DNA of 64,000 nt from Eledone cirrhosa (GCA_964016885.1 OZ024749.1:56048001-56112000), one strand, 5' to 3'; positions 13,581 through 26,994 are shown, counted from the first letter of the stretch. Numbers and translations: made by a program. Notes: generated by a model not told the origin, from the letters alone.

Positions 13581-13689
13581 ATATGAAAGAGTCGGGGCTC
13601 CGACTGCTGAGCTCTTGCCGTTTCAATAGCTAGTTCTATACTGTGGAAACGGCAAGAGCTCAACCGTCGGGTTCCCGACCGTTTCATAT
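13581..13689. repeat. GC-rich nested palindrome (MITE-like foldback)
   Basis: Perfect 17-bp arms 13608-13624/13646-13662, outer ATATGAAA/TTTCATAT, and two internal GTCGG-N4-CCGAC hairpins. Confidence 0.8.
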
Positions 13690-13741
13690 ATATATATATA
13701 TATATAAGGTGTTCCAACCATATGGCCAGAGATAGGATGAA

Positions 13742-13789
13742 CTTGTCTGACGAGCCTGTGATAAACAGGCGAAACTCCAGGTTAACAAG
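13742..13789 (+). ncRNA. Minimal type-I hammerhead ribozyme motif (PLE-type)
   Basis: CTTGT-CTGACGA-GCCTGT(GATAA)ACAGGC-GAAA-CT(CCA)GGTT-A-ACAAG: intact core, 6-bp stem II, short stem III, 5-bp helix I with one extra A. Confidence 0.7.
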
Positions 13790-13815
13790 ACTCACTGTTT
13801 AGCCTTAATGAAATG

Positions 13816-13886
<71 letters not shown>

Positions 13887-13974
13887 CTTGTTTAGGCCCT
13901 CGTATATTGTGTGTGTATAAGAGTGAATTAATGATCATAACAACAATATAATATGACTGTTGTGAAAGCTATTG

Positions 13975-14126
13975 ATGATCGAGTCTTTACTGATCAATGT
14001 TTCCAATGATCGAGACTTTACTGATCAATGTTTCCAATGATCGAGACTTTACTGATCAATGTTTCCAATGATCGAGACTTTACTGATCAATGTTTCCAAT
14101 GATCGAGACTGATCAATGTTTCCAAT
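13975..14126. repeat. 31-bp minisatellite, ~5 copies
   Basis: GATCGAGACTTTACTGATCAATGTTTCCAAT at 13977, 14008, 14039, 14070, 14101. Confidence 0.95.
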
Positions 14127-14235
14127 TATCTACAGGATCTGTTGAAACATTAATAAAATAACTTAGCATGTGTAGACGTCATTTAGTTAAGTTCCGCTAA
14201 ATTGCAGGTCGACAGTCTACACATCACTGTGTATG

Positions 14236-14274
<39 letters not shown>

Positions 14275-14277
14275 CAG

Positions 14278-14328
<51 letters not shown>

Positions 14329-14784
14329 CCTCTCCATATATATATATATATGGCCTCAGCCGGATGACTGGAACGGGTAAAAGAATAAATAAAAGAATTT
14401 ATATATATATATATATTGAGAGAGAGAGAGAGATGTGTATATATATATGTACGCATCAATTGTTGTGTGTATACTTTCATTAAGTGATCTATCGGTAACT
14501 GACCGATCTGCAAGAATTAACATCAAAATCTCTCTGGAATTATGTTATATAGTTTTAAAAATAATCAGAAAATTGTACATTCAATAATGTGGATGTGATC
14601 GATTCCTCTCAAGCAAATTCCGTCAATCTTTTTCCCAACTTCAGGGGCATTAACCCGGATTTTCTCGAATATTTCCATAGTGATTTACTATTATGGTCAT
14701 TTGATTTGGGACAACTACATTTCAAAGTATCGCAATACTTTTTTAATTAACCGGCTGTATGCGTGTATGTTTGTCAGAAAACTA

Positions 14785-14990
14785 GCTGTTAAAAAGGTGG
14801 GTGAACTCCTCAGAATCAACGACCATCCACCCCAACTGTGAGTTAGATAGCCTCACCAGTCCTCAATTGGCCAACCATGGTGAGTATGAGTACATCCGTG
14901 AAGACATAACTAAATCGCAACAGAAAGTGGTGGAGGTCAACCAGGGAGGGGTTCCTTCAGCTGAAGTGAGAAGACCCGAGATTGGATTGG
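14785..14990 (+). repeat. Dispersed repeat fragment (same family as 61850-62050 and 9005-9120)
   Basis: Shares CCATCCACCCCAACT with the 62 kb copy, and CATGGTGAGTA, CAGAAAGTGGTGG and AGGGAGGGGTTCCT with the 9 kb copy. Confidence 0.7.
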
Positions 14991-15102
14991 ATTGATGTTG
15001 TAGTTAATACAATCAGTTCAATACGTGTCTTATACTTATTTTCGACATTAGCTGTGTTATTAAATGAAAAAAAAATTTCTATACGGACCTAAATACATCG
15101 GA

Positions 15103-15804
15103 GTCATTTACACCAGTACACCGTCGTTTACACCGGTACACCGTCATTTACACCAGTGCACCGTCGTTTACACCGGCACACCGTCGTTTACACCAGTACA
15201 CCGCCATTTACACCGGTATACCGCCATTTACACCGCTACACCGTCGTTTAAACCGGTATACGATCATTTACACCGGTACACCGTCATTTATACCGGTACA
15301 CCGTCGTTTACACCAGTACACCGTCATTTACACCGGTATACCGCCATTTACACCGGTACACCGTCGTTTGCACCGGTACACCGTCGTTTGCACCGGTACA
15401 CCGCCGTTTACACCAGTACACCGCCATTTACACCGGTATACCGTCGTTTACACCGGTATACCGTCGTTTAAACCGGTACACCGTCATTTACACCGGTACA
15501 CCGTCGTTTACACCAGTGCACCGTCGTTTACACCGGTACGCCGTCATTTACACCGGTATACCGCCATTTACACCGGTACACCGTCGTTTGCACCGGTACA
15601 CCGCCATTTACACCGGTATACCGTCGTTTAAACCGGTATACCGTCGTTTAAACCGGTGCACCGTCATTTACACCGGTACACCGTCGTTTACACCAGTGCA
15701 CCGTCGTTTACACTAGTGCACCGTCGTTTACACTAGTGCACCGTCGTTTACACCGGTACGCCGTCATTTACACCGGTACGCCGTCATTTACACCGGTATA
15801 CCGT
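15103..15804. repeat. 20-bp CpG-rich minisatellite CACCGGTACACCGTCRTTTA, ~35 copies
   Basis: Strict 20-bp phase visible in the 10-base blocks. Confidence 0.97.
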
Positions 15805-16224
15805 GGTTATTGTCGACCACAGTGTTTCAAAGTTAGGAACAACTTAAAAACAATTTAATGTGAAATGTTTATTATAACGAAATCAAATTTACAGACGACT
15901 GAACAATACGACTGGAGATAAAATTGTCCAAATTTATTGGAAGATATGAGAAAAAGTGAAATGCATTTGTTACATAGAAAATAAAATTCAATAAAAAAAT
16001 TCTTAAATCCGAAGTGACTCCATAAAAAAATATTAATTCATGACCTGATGGCATTACGGCTACGAGTTAAAAACAGTAAAAAAAAAAACAAGAGGAAATA
16101 ACAATAAATAAACTCTTATCTAAATTCCACACTACCAACTTAAAAATTGTCAAAAGAACTTTGGACAAAATAAGCGAAGATAGGCCACAAGGTGTCTTCC
16201 TTGTAAAACACGATGTTCATGTGG

Positions 16225-16460
16225 AGAATACAAAACGGAAAAGAATCGCTGGAGAGATTTTACAGGCAAAACCAACCGACAGGAGACACAGGTGCAGACT
16301 CCGAGCAAGATGGTTGGATTACATCCATGAGCTAGGCTGGTCTCGTTTGGGTACCCAGCCGGATCAGTTGGAGACGGTTGCCTCTGACAGGACCCACTGG
16401 AAGGAGTGTTTGAAGGCTCTGTCCCCACGACCCTCCCAGGAATAATTGGGTGAAGAAGTA
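16225..16460 (+). mobile_element. RTE-clade LINE 3' end fragment
   Basis: Translates to RIAGEILQAKPTDRRHRCRLRARWLDYIHELGWSRLG...ASDRTHWKECLKALSPRP, matching the RTE/Expander-type ORF2 C-terminus (RW.D.I...A.DR..W); ends in GAAGAAG. Confidence 0.8.
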
Positions 16461-17359
16461 GTATATTTTTCACATTATCCAATGTGTTCTGCCTGTTTTA
16501 AGTGCGATTTAAAGGATATTTGCTGCTAATTTTAACAGATCAATCAATAGAAATTGGTGGTAAGCGTAGTTCTATCAATACTTTGTGAGAGCTACACATG
16601 TAACAGTGCCAGGTACAAATCTAATGGTAATAGCTACAAATCCGTCACGTGTTGATTGGTTAAGAATTGAGATAGGTACTGTGTACTTAGTCTTAAACGG
16701 AGAATGCAGGAACCATATATCAAAACTTTAACATCGTGGTAGACACAAATTTGCATCGACTTAGTGTGTAGGAGACAGAACAGGTGCAGTGTGGTGTGTG
16801 TGTGTGTGTGCAGACATGACATGTGTGGTGGTGGTGGGGTAGATGATAGAACGAGTGACATGGTTTTCTACGAGAACTGATGTGTAATCACGCACTGAAT
16901 GAATGATATTGGCGATGCAAGTTAAATTGGAAGACACAGGAAATTTCATTAAAAGAAAGCAATCAATTTTCAGTTTCTAAGATCGAATATAAAATTTGAC
17001 AGAAAGCCCGAGCATCCGCTGAACTGTTCGCTGTTGAATCTGATACATTGTCATAAGCAATAAAAGATGCATGTTGTGGGTCAGCACATTGAATGTATTG
17101 GTAGGACTTTAGAAGATCGATAGATATAGCTTGAGCTTGACCAGAGTCGTAACACGGTCAACGTTTCATAACAATTCTGAATTAAATGGAAACAGTAATT
17201 AGAAAGAGAATTTAATAAACATAAATAACTTTTCCTATTATAACTATTGAATGTGCACTTGAAATAGTCTGGCTTGTGATCAACAATTTTCTTTATTAGA
17301 AATATGGAATAAATAACAGATATAGCCACCATAAGAGACTTCACCACCTCCATCAGCAT

Positions 17360-17533
17360 ATTGTTATCGTTACAACCACTACCACCAGCGCCACCACTAC
17401 CACCATTGTTATCGTTACAACCACTACCACCAGCGCCACCACTACCACCATTGTTATCGTTACAACCACTACCACCAGCGCCACCACTACCACTACCACC
17501 ATTGTTATCGCTACAACCACTACCACCACCATT
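17360..17533. repeat. 45-bp minisatellite, ~4 copies
   Basis: ATTGTTATCGTTACAACCACTACCACCAGCGCCACCACTACCACC. Confidence 0.9.
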
Positions 17534-17846
17534 GCAATTTCCATAATATTAATAACAATAATAATTGTCATCGTTGTCATCGTCGTGGTCGCCATTGTTA
17601 ACGATACTAACTTCTGTTACAGATGTTAAACAACTCTGTAGAAGTCCGTTCTTTATTCTATCCAACTTGTTGTGTAATTCTTCTAAAAGTTGTTTCATTG
17701 AATTTATTATTTAAAGTTATGTTTAGAGTTCTTTTAGTTCTTCAGAATTTGTAAGTACTTAACTACAATAGTTCTGAAGATTATTAGATCTGCATTTTCT
17801 ACTGATGGGAGTTCACATATTTCCAGTACTATAATTTCCAGTTAGT

Positions 17847-17942
<96 letters not shown>

Positions 17943-18036
17943 ATAATAAATACAAAGACCAATATATATATATATATATATATAGTAATAATAAATACAA
18001 AGACCAATATATATATATAGTAATAATGAATACAAA

Positions 18037-18071
<35 letters not shown>

Positions 18072-18122
18072 ATAATAAATACAAAGACCAAGATATATAT
18101 ATAGTAATAATGAATACAAAGA

Positions 18123-18161
<39 letters not shown>

Positions 18162-18568
18162 GCAGTCTTTGCATCTTACGTGGTGTACGTACTTAAAGGT
18201 TTATTGAGAAAACGGGGGTCAAGCCAGAGAAGTATTTTAACAATAACATACGTTACTACACATCAAAGGGAATGTACCTTTTATGAAAATTCCTCAAAAT
18301 TCGCAGAGAACGCAAAGAATTTTATGAACGGTTTGCTATAAGAAAAGTTTAAAGCTAATTTAATGTTTAAAATCTTACTTGTCGAAACTTTAATAATCGA
18401 TTAAACGCTTAAAAGTTTAGCTGCCAGAATGATCGGTATTGGTAGAATAACTTAATTTAGTGGGTGTAATTGGTTGACTAAAAACATTTAGGTGATAAAA
18501 TAGTTTGGTTAAAATAACAGAAAAGAAATTTACAGTAAAATTAATCATGTTACTGATTATACTACAAA

Positions 18569-18748
18569 ATAATTGTTTCTACTTTTGGCACAAGGCCAGC
18601 AATTAGCCAGTACATTACTGGTACTTTATTTTATCGACTCCGTAAGGATGAAAGGCAAAGTTGACCTCAGCGGGATTTGAACTTATAATGGAAAGGGCCG
18701 TAACTCTATGCATCAAAGCATGACATCCGATACTGACAATCCACCGCA
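18569..18748 (-). mobile_element. tRNA-derived SINE, short form
   Basis: Family body and head as above. Confidence 0.9.
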
Positions 18749-18794
18749 ACAGTAATAATGTTGGTTAAATAACAACAACAATATCTGATTATTT

Positions 18795-19228
18795 CCAGAT
18801 ATAATATGTCTGGAAGTATAGTAACCTGTTGTGAGGTTGGAGGAAGAAGATGACCAGATATAGTGTGTCTGGCAAGATAGTGACCTGTTGTTGTGAGGCT
18901 GGAGGAACAGACTGACCAGATATAGTGTGTCTGGCAAGATAGTGACCTGTTGTTGTGAGGCTGGAGGAACAGACTGACCAGATATAGTGTGTCTGGCAAG
19001 ATAGTGACCTGTTGTTGTGAGGCTGGAGGAACAGACTGACCAGATATACTGTGTCTGGCAAGATAGTGACCTGTTGTTGTGAGGCTGGAGGAACAGACTG
19101 ACCAGATATACTGTGTCTGGCAAGATAGTGACCTGTTGTTGTGAGGCTGGAGGAACAGACTGACCAGATATACTGTGTCTGGCAAGATAGTGACCTGTTG
19201 TTGTGAGGCTGGAGGAACAGACTGACCA
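18795..19228. repeat. 62-bp minisatellite, ~7 copies
   Basis: ACTGACCAGA at 18911, 18973, 19035 and onward; first unit diverged. Confidence 0.95.
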
Positions 19229-19302
19229 CAAAACACTCCCAGCTTGATTATCACATTGATATTTGCTGAGCAACAAAAGGAGTCACATTAAGTGTCTATG
19301 TT

Positions 19303-19411
19303 ATCAACCAATACCACATGTGATATCAACCAATGCCACATGATGTGATATCAACCAATGCCACATGTGATATCAACCAATACCACATGTGATATCAACC
19401 AATACCACATG
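19303..19411. repeat. ~22-bp tandem repeat TGTGATATCAACCAATRCCACA, ~5 copies
   Basis: Direct reading. Confidence 0.9.
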
Positions 19412-19837
19412 AAAGTTTGCTAGTTTATGCAACTGTAGCCACCAATATTGTAAGAATATTCATTTAAGTTCTCATATTATAAGTATTTGAAATCAAGGAG
19501 TGTTTTTGTGGTCATTCTGTATTTCGATGTCTCGAAATATAGACATTTTGATATAAGATATAAAAGTTTTATTTAGAATTTAGAATTGGACAGACTGAAG
19601 TTAATATCTGTTATATAGAGATTTGTAAAGATGGTTAATACAGATTGAATATAACGACATTTGTATAATAGGCGACTTTCGTATACGAACAGACATTCGT
19701 ACTATGATACAGAAAAATCACACATTAAATTAATAGTGACGTTAAATTGATTGTAAACTTGCAGACGATAAAATAGTTTGATTCGCCAACTCCATCGCAG
19801 AGTTATCTAAACACGCACACACACTCACACAACACAA

Positions 19838-19920
<83 letters not shown>

Positions 19921-20029
19921 CACACACGCATACATAAATGAATATTTAAACTATGCTTCTGTATTGAGTACTTTTCTTTTGTTCGACTGCTACATACGGA
20001 TGTAAGCATGTATATATGTATGTATGTAT

Positions 20030-20215
20030 GTTGCCGGTTTAGTCGCCAACGACCCGACCATGCACAGGTTGTTCATCGAGTGGGATTGGCCCCGTGCAAA
20101 GCCTTTTCTCATTTAAAAAAATTTTCAAGCAGAGGCATCGCTTGATATGTGATGCCCATGCTTAAGTATCAAGCGATGGCATTACTCGAAATCGAGTTGC
20201 AGCCATCATCGTGTA
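20030..20215. mobile_element. Rearranged RTE-related fragments: leader motif on minus (20030-20080) and 3' end on plus (20178-20215)
   Basis: Minus-strand CAACCTGTGCATGGTCGGGTCGTTGGCGACTAAACCGGCAAC matches 31104-31146. Plus-strand ACTCG-AAAT-CGAGTTGCAGCCATCAT matches 31644-31670. Confidence 0.6.
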
Positions 20216-20840
20216 AGTATGTGTGCTTTAGAATTAGATAATTCCGTCCAGTGTTTTAGAGCTCTGTCCCCTACAACTCGTGTCTGTCCCCTATTGATTC
20301 GTGAAGAAGGAACAAGAAGCAGACTCCAACTGGATTTGTTGATGCTCGGGTTGACAGAGTGTCGGGTTCTTTTTTCCCTTCACAAAGTCTCAATTTTAAT
20401 GTCGCCCTGCACTGAGTATAACTTGTCGACTCGTGTCAACTATTTGTAATTATCACAAAAGTATAATTAACGTGCTTCTAATGTTGAGTTCAAATCGAAG
20501 AAATCGACCTTATTTTATCGATTTTGGAATGATGACAAAAAAATAAAAGAAGCAAAATTGATCTCGTCAGATTCTGAAATCAAAGAGGAAAGGGTCGTAG
20601 GTAAATTTTGCAAGGCCGTTCATTAGGTGCTCTATTGACTGTATTATTATCATCATCATCATCGTCGTCATCGTCATTATTATCATAGTCATCATTGTCA
20701 TCATCATCATCGTCTTCATCATCTTAAATATCGTCATCATCATTCCACCGTGATAGCAAACAGCCACAATCCTTTTCACCCATTACAGCTGTTATGGTCC
20801 CGTGGTCCGGTAATGAATCGTGACCATCGGAAGGATTCGA

Positions 20841-21045
20841 ATGGTTTCTGATTTAGACACAAGGCCAATAATTTTTGGGGAGGGAAAAGCCGATGAAATT
20901 GACCCCAGTGCGTTACTGGTACCTTTTTTTATCGATCTTGAATTGATGAAAGGCAAAGCTAACCTCGACAGGATTTGAACTCAGAATGCAAAAGGACGTA
21001 ACTATATGCTGCAAAGCATGTTGTCCAACGTTCTTACGACTCATC
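20841..21045 (-). mobile_element. tRNA-derived SINE, long form
   Basis: Family body with G-rich insert; B box present. Confidence 0.85.
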
Positions 21046-21758
21046 CTACACATACACATATATACACACATACATACACCCACACACACATACATACATA
21101 CATACATAAAGGCAGCGAATTGGCAGAGCCTTTAGAGGGTGGGAGGGAATATTATTGAATGTTTCTTAGTAAACAAAAGTATTAAATGGAAGGTGACCGG
21201 TTAGGGACGTTACGAATGTTTCATGGGACACTCGGATAGAAATATTTGCCCAGCCCCCTGGTATACAATTTGAAGGAAAAAACCAAAGCAGGTGCCTTTA
21301 TGTTAGTTTATACTGTGATGTCTACAAACCTTGCCCTACATTAACCACCCCCCTCTCTCTCTTCCTCTCTCATATTATCTATATTGTATTTCAAAGAAAC
21401 ACTAAATATGTCGGACATCTCTTTAACTAGTTTTCAAAGAAAAAAAAAAAGCCTGAGAATTTTGTAAAATTATTCCCGAATGTGGTCTCTGAAATATTTT
21501 AAATAAAATTACAGCATTTCAATTTCAATTTTCATTCTATTGCAAAATCGAATTTAGCTTCATCTCGATCACGTTCTAATTCTCAATTTATTTATTTATT
21601 TATTCATTTATTTATTAATTTATTTATTTATCTACTTATTTATTGTTTTTGTTGTTATTATTTTTATTATTTGTATGGTGTGGCCTGCTGACATTTCTCA
21701 AAAGACATTTTCTGTTGTGAATAATTGATCAAATTTGTGTAATTTCGTAGTAAGGTCA

Positions 21759-21797
<39 letters not shown>

Positions 21798-21960
21798 GTG
21801 TGTGCGTCTGTGTGAGTGTGCTAAAACATTGCGAAATTAAATTAAAAAATACGAAAATTAAAGTTTATCGACACATAGACATTTAAATACGTGAATATAT
21901 TTGTATATGTATGAAATATAGTGTTGCATACACACACACACGCACATATACACACACGCA

Positions 21961-22074
<114 letters not shown>

Positions 22075-22224
22075 CATATAGATACACACACATAAGCAAA
22101 CAAACGTACATAGATACTGTCTCCAAAGCGTATATATAGTCACATTCAAACAAGCACATATGTACATATTTTTGTTTTACCTATATTAATTTACGTCTAT
22201 ATAAAAGTATATGTAGAAACACGT

Positions 22225-22269
<45 letters not shown>

Positions 22270-22686
22270 AACATACATTCACGTACAAACCTACAGACAC
22301 TCAAACATACACACACAAACCCACACACAAACCTATACATACATACACACAGTGAGGCATACAAACACACACGCAAACCTATAGGAACCTACACACACAC
22401 ACAAACCCACAGAAATCTACACATGCACACACAAACCTATACACACACACACCTACACACAAACACACCTACACACAATCTCTCCACCCACCTACAGAGA
22501 GAGAGAGAGAGAGAGAGAGAGGGGTGATAGTGTAGTAAATGATATCTCTATATGATATTGTTACAATTAGATATGATAGCTAGGTTAATTGCGTTGCTTC
22601 TCACTTTATTTTATGAATTCCAGTCTCTAATGTATAAGAAAACATTAATTTTTAATTACTGTTAAATTGCTGATATCTCTCTCGTT

Positions 22687-22731
<45 letters not shown>

Positions 22732-23099
22732 CACAGGTTAACACACATACACATATATACACACACGTATGCACGTACGCACACATAGACATATATACAC
22801 ACACACACACACACACAAACGCACACGTACACCTCAAAATGTACTATACACACACAATTGTAGTTTCGTAGTGTTGTTAATTGCTATTAAGCGAATAAAT
22901 GTACTCAATATCGTTAGCAAAGAGCGAAATTATTCAATCACATCATTCCGGGATTGATTATACATTGATTACCAATCAGGTGGCAATTCTCCAATATTGG
23001 TTTTCGATCTGCTGCCTGTGTTCTTTGTTTCTTTTGTTTTCTCATTGTCTGTTGAAAGTCTTCAAGCTCTCCTGAAAAGATCTTGGTGCGGTGTTTTCC

Positions 23100-23462
23100 T
23101 GTAAGGATGAAAGGCAAAGTTTAACCCCGGTGAGATTTGAACTCAGACCATAAAGGGCCGTAACTCTATGCTGCAAAGCATGGTGTCTGACCCTCTACCG
23201 ATATTGCCAATCCACCGCCCCCTCATCCCAATGATAATAATAATAATTTCTACATTTGGTACAAGACCAACAATTTTTTTTTTGTCTGGGAGGAGATAGT
23301 CGATTAAATCAGCCTCAGTGCATTACTGGTACTTTATTTTATCGACCTCCGTAAGGATGAAAGGCAAAGCTTAACCTCGGCGGAATTTGAACTCAGAACG
23401 TAAATGATCATAACTATATACCGCGAAGCATATTGTCCGACGCTCTACCCATTATTGTCAAA
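23100..23462 (-). mobile_element. Two tandem SINEs (23100-23220 partial; 23235-23462 long form)
   Basis: Two GATGAAAGGCAAAG..TTTGAACTCAG bodies separated by an AAT tract. Confidence 0.85.
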
Positions 23463-24338
23463 TAATAATAGCTATATTTTTCCCCAGAGGGAAAGTATTA
23501 CCTTTTCGTGTTTGAGTGAAAGCAATCCTACTAGACAAAGGGTAATAGGTGAGAATGTTTGTGTCCAGAAAATGAAGTGTTTGAGGTTAGAGGTTCTTGT
23601 TTATATAGAAGGAACATAGACTTCTAAAACACAGAAGAGTAGAGAATATTTCAGATCAAAGACACATCTATACAAAGGAAATATAGACATACACAATACC
23701 AATCTCTTTTATTTCATTCTCTGATCTATCTATCTGTCTATATAGCTGTCTAAATATCTCTCTACATATCTGTCTATCTGTCTATATAGCTGTCTAGCTG
23801 TCTATATAGCTGTCTATCTATCTAGCTGTCTATATAGCTGTCTAAATATCTCTCTACATAACTGTCTAGCTGTTTCTATAGCTGTCTATATATCTAGCTA
23901 GCTGTCTATGTATGTGTCTATATACCTAGCTAGCTGTCTATATATAGCTGTCTATATGTCTAGCTGACTGTCTATGTATGTGTCTATATAGCTGTCTATA
24001 TGTCTAGCTATCTATATAGCTGTCCGCCTGCCCCCAGTACTTGTTATCCGACTTTGTTTCTGAAAATAGAAGAGAAAATATCCTCCATTATAGAGTGCAA
24101 CGACACAACCGTTAATAACATACTCGTGATGCCACTGTTTATGTCTGCTATTTATGACTACCCTATACTATCACCACCATCAGTCACCACCACCACCACC
24201 ATGGAAAATCTGATCTTGCGGTCAGGCTAGGACTTTTGGGGTGGCATATCGGCAGCAACAATGACAAGCCGTCTGTGCTTTCGTGAAATAAATACGATTG
24301 TTTATATTTTGTTTTTGTGTATGCAAAAATATCTGTAC

Positions 24339-24401
<63 letters not shown>

Positions 24402-26186
24402 TAACAGATTAAAGTATAAGCAAAGAATCGCTGCTTTCAAACTTAATGGGGTCTTCTGAAACTAAAAAAATCAATCTGTGAACCGCAGAAGTAAATATTT
24501 CGAAAAACGTTGCAACCGAAAGAAAACAGGAAGATGATACTTTGGTTCGTGAAGACGTTAGGAATGTCGTATCCCCCCCCCCCTCTCTCTCTTCCTCTCC
24601 CCTCTCTCTCCCTCTCCCCTCTCTCTCCCTCTCCCCTCTCTCTCCCTCTCCCCTCTCTCTTTCTCCCTCTCTCTCTCTCCTCTCTCTCTCTCTCTCCTCT
24701 CTTCCCTCTCTTCCCTCTTTCTCCTCTCTCTCCTCTCTCTCTCTCCTCTCTCCTCTCTCCCCCTCTCTCTCTCTCCCCCCTCTCTCCCTCTCTCTCCCCC
24801 CCTCTCTCTCTCTCTTTCTCTCTCTCTCCATACGTACACATATATAGTGAAGTTGAAGTTGTTCTTCATAGAACAACTTCTATCTATCTGTAGACCATCA
24901 CCACCACCACCCCAACCCTCATCATCATCATTAATACATTGAATACACCGCTAGCAACTTGGATAAATGAAATATTCGACAGCGGACATTGAATTAAAAT
25001 CCAGAAAATCCCATCTCATTCTGTGTATTATCTTAGTTATCCAATCAGAGTCAGTTTGTCTATATGTCAGTTGATGGTGAGGGATAAAACCTGTTAGGGA
25101 GAAATTCACTTTGGATTTAAGTGTTTCTCAGCGTGCCAGCCATTTTAATTACAAGTCAGTCTCACAAGACTTTGGCCAGATTTGACCAGTGCTAATTTGA
25201 ATTGTAACATTTAACCTTCGTTTTATTGATCCGTGTTGAATAACTGGATAGTTCTACATCATGAGCAGACTTCTTTATTTCTTTATATTGTGAGTATTAT
25301 TGGTTGGTGTTAACAGCCACCGATACTGCTGCTTATATTTGGGACAAGCCAAAGACAGGGACATTTTATGTGGTCACTACGTCTTGGTCTGACAGAAATA
25401 GCAGCCAAATCCCTCTCAGATGATGTCTTAGTTACTGCTGTTTATATTTGGGACAGGCCAAAGACAGGGACATTCTCTCCCCCCCCCCCCTCTCCCCTCT
25501 CCTCTCTCTCTTCTCCTCTCTCTCCCTCCTCCTCTTCTCTCTCCTCCTCTCTCTCTCCTCCTCTTCTCTCTCCCCTCTCCTCTCTCCTCTCCTCTCCTCT
25601 CTCCTCTTCTCTTCTCCTCTCCTCTTCTCTCTCTCCTCCTCTCTCTCTCCTCCTCTTCTCTCTCCCCTCTCCTCTCTCCTCTCCTCTCCTCTCCTCTCTC
25701 CTCTTCTCTTCTCTTCTCCTCTCCTCTCCTCTTCTCTTCTCTTCTCTTCTCTTCTCTTCTCTTCTCTTCTCTTCTCTTTCCTCTCCTCTCCTCTCTCCTC
25801 TTCTCTCCTCTTCTCTCCTCTGTCTCACTATCATCTCTACCCTCGTCGCCATCCATCACTAACCTACACCATACAAGCTAAACATTAACCAAATAACCTC
25901 TATTCTCTTATCTTTATTTCGGAGTGAGAGGGCATTAAACAATTATCGTAGCTGCCGCCCAACTCGCCTTTTTTTATTATCTGATTAACGCTTAAAAACA
26001 AAAGAAACGCACTCCCACATACAAATATATAATGACATATTACATATATATATATATCCAGTTATTACATATATACCTATTACACACATACACACATACA
26101 TACATACATACATACATACATACATACATACATACATACATACATACATACACACACATATATATACCTATTATATACACACACAT

Positions 26187-26243
<57 letters not shown>

Positions 26244-26752
26244 ATGATTGATATTGATTACAAATTTCTCAGAGTTCACTCTAAAATTAACAACTGGAGT
26301 TTTTTTGGAATTAAAATTTAAAACACAAATAAAGATTTTTTTTTTATTTAAATCACGCCCCCGCCCAGAAAAAGAAACCTTCCAGAAAAGATAAGGTGGA
26401 GTTTATCTTTGAGAAGAAATGTGTAAATCCCATTTATTCTTCAACATATGAAAAAGAAAAGAAAATCAATGAAAGAATAGCGATCGTTTAACGGAGTGTG
26501 TCTGTTTGGCTAGTTGAGCAATTAGAAGAATAAATACGGTTGTTTTGTCATTTGCCTTTTGCAGAGGTTTGAAATGGCGAGACAAGCTTGGTTGGAATTT
26601 GATCAAAGATGATCAAAGAACTTTTATGATGACTAACCGTCAGTTAATTAACTAGTTATTTCTACAATAATACCACTCTACCATTTAACCAGGCTGTTTT
26701 TGATACGCTAATTAATTTGCTGTTTATGTAGTTTAGTTGAAAAGAAAGCTAA

Positions 26753-26794
<42 letters not shown>

Positions 26795-26895
26795 CCGCCA
26801 AGCAGATTCGGTTTGTATGTTCACCAAGCCTTTGCATCCCCCCCATGCATTGACTACTCCCGTGGTTAGTGATCTCTCCGATCTCAGCACCGCAG

Positions 26896-26935
<40 letters not shown>

Positions 26936-26994
26936 TATATTTATTCATTGAATTAAAATGTTCATAAATGCATCACCAGACACTTAATTCTCAA

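Noticed and set aside
17940-18130. CRISPR-like constant unit with variable spacers (also 7340-7600, 39115-39432, 56310-56905)
   Set aside because: The spacers are only (TA)n or (GA)n length variants, there are no cas genes, and the context is eukaryotic.
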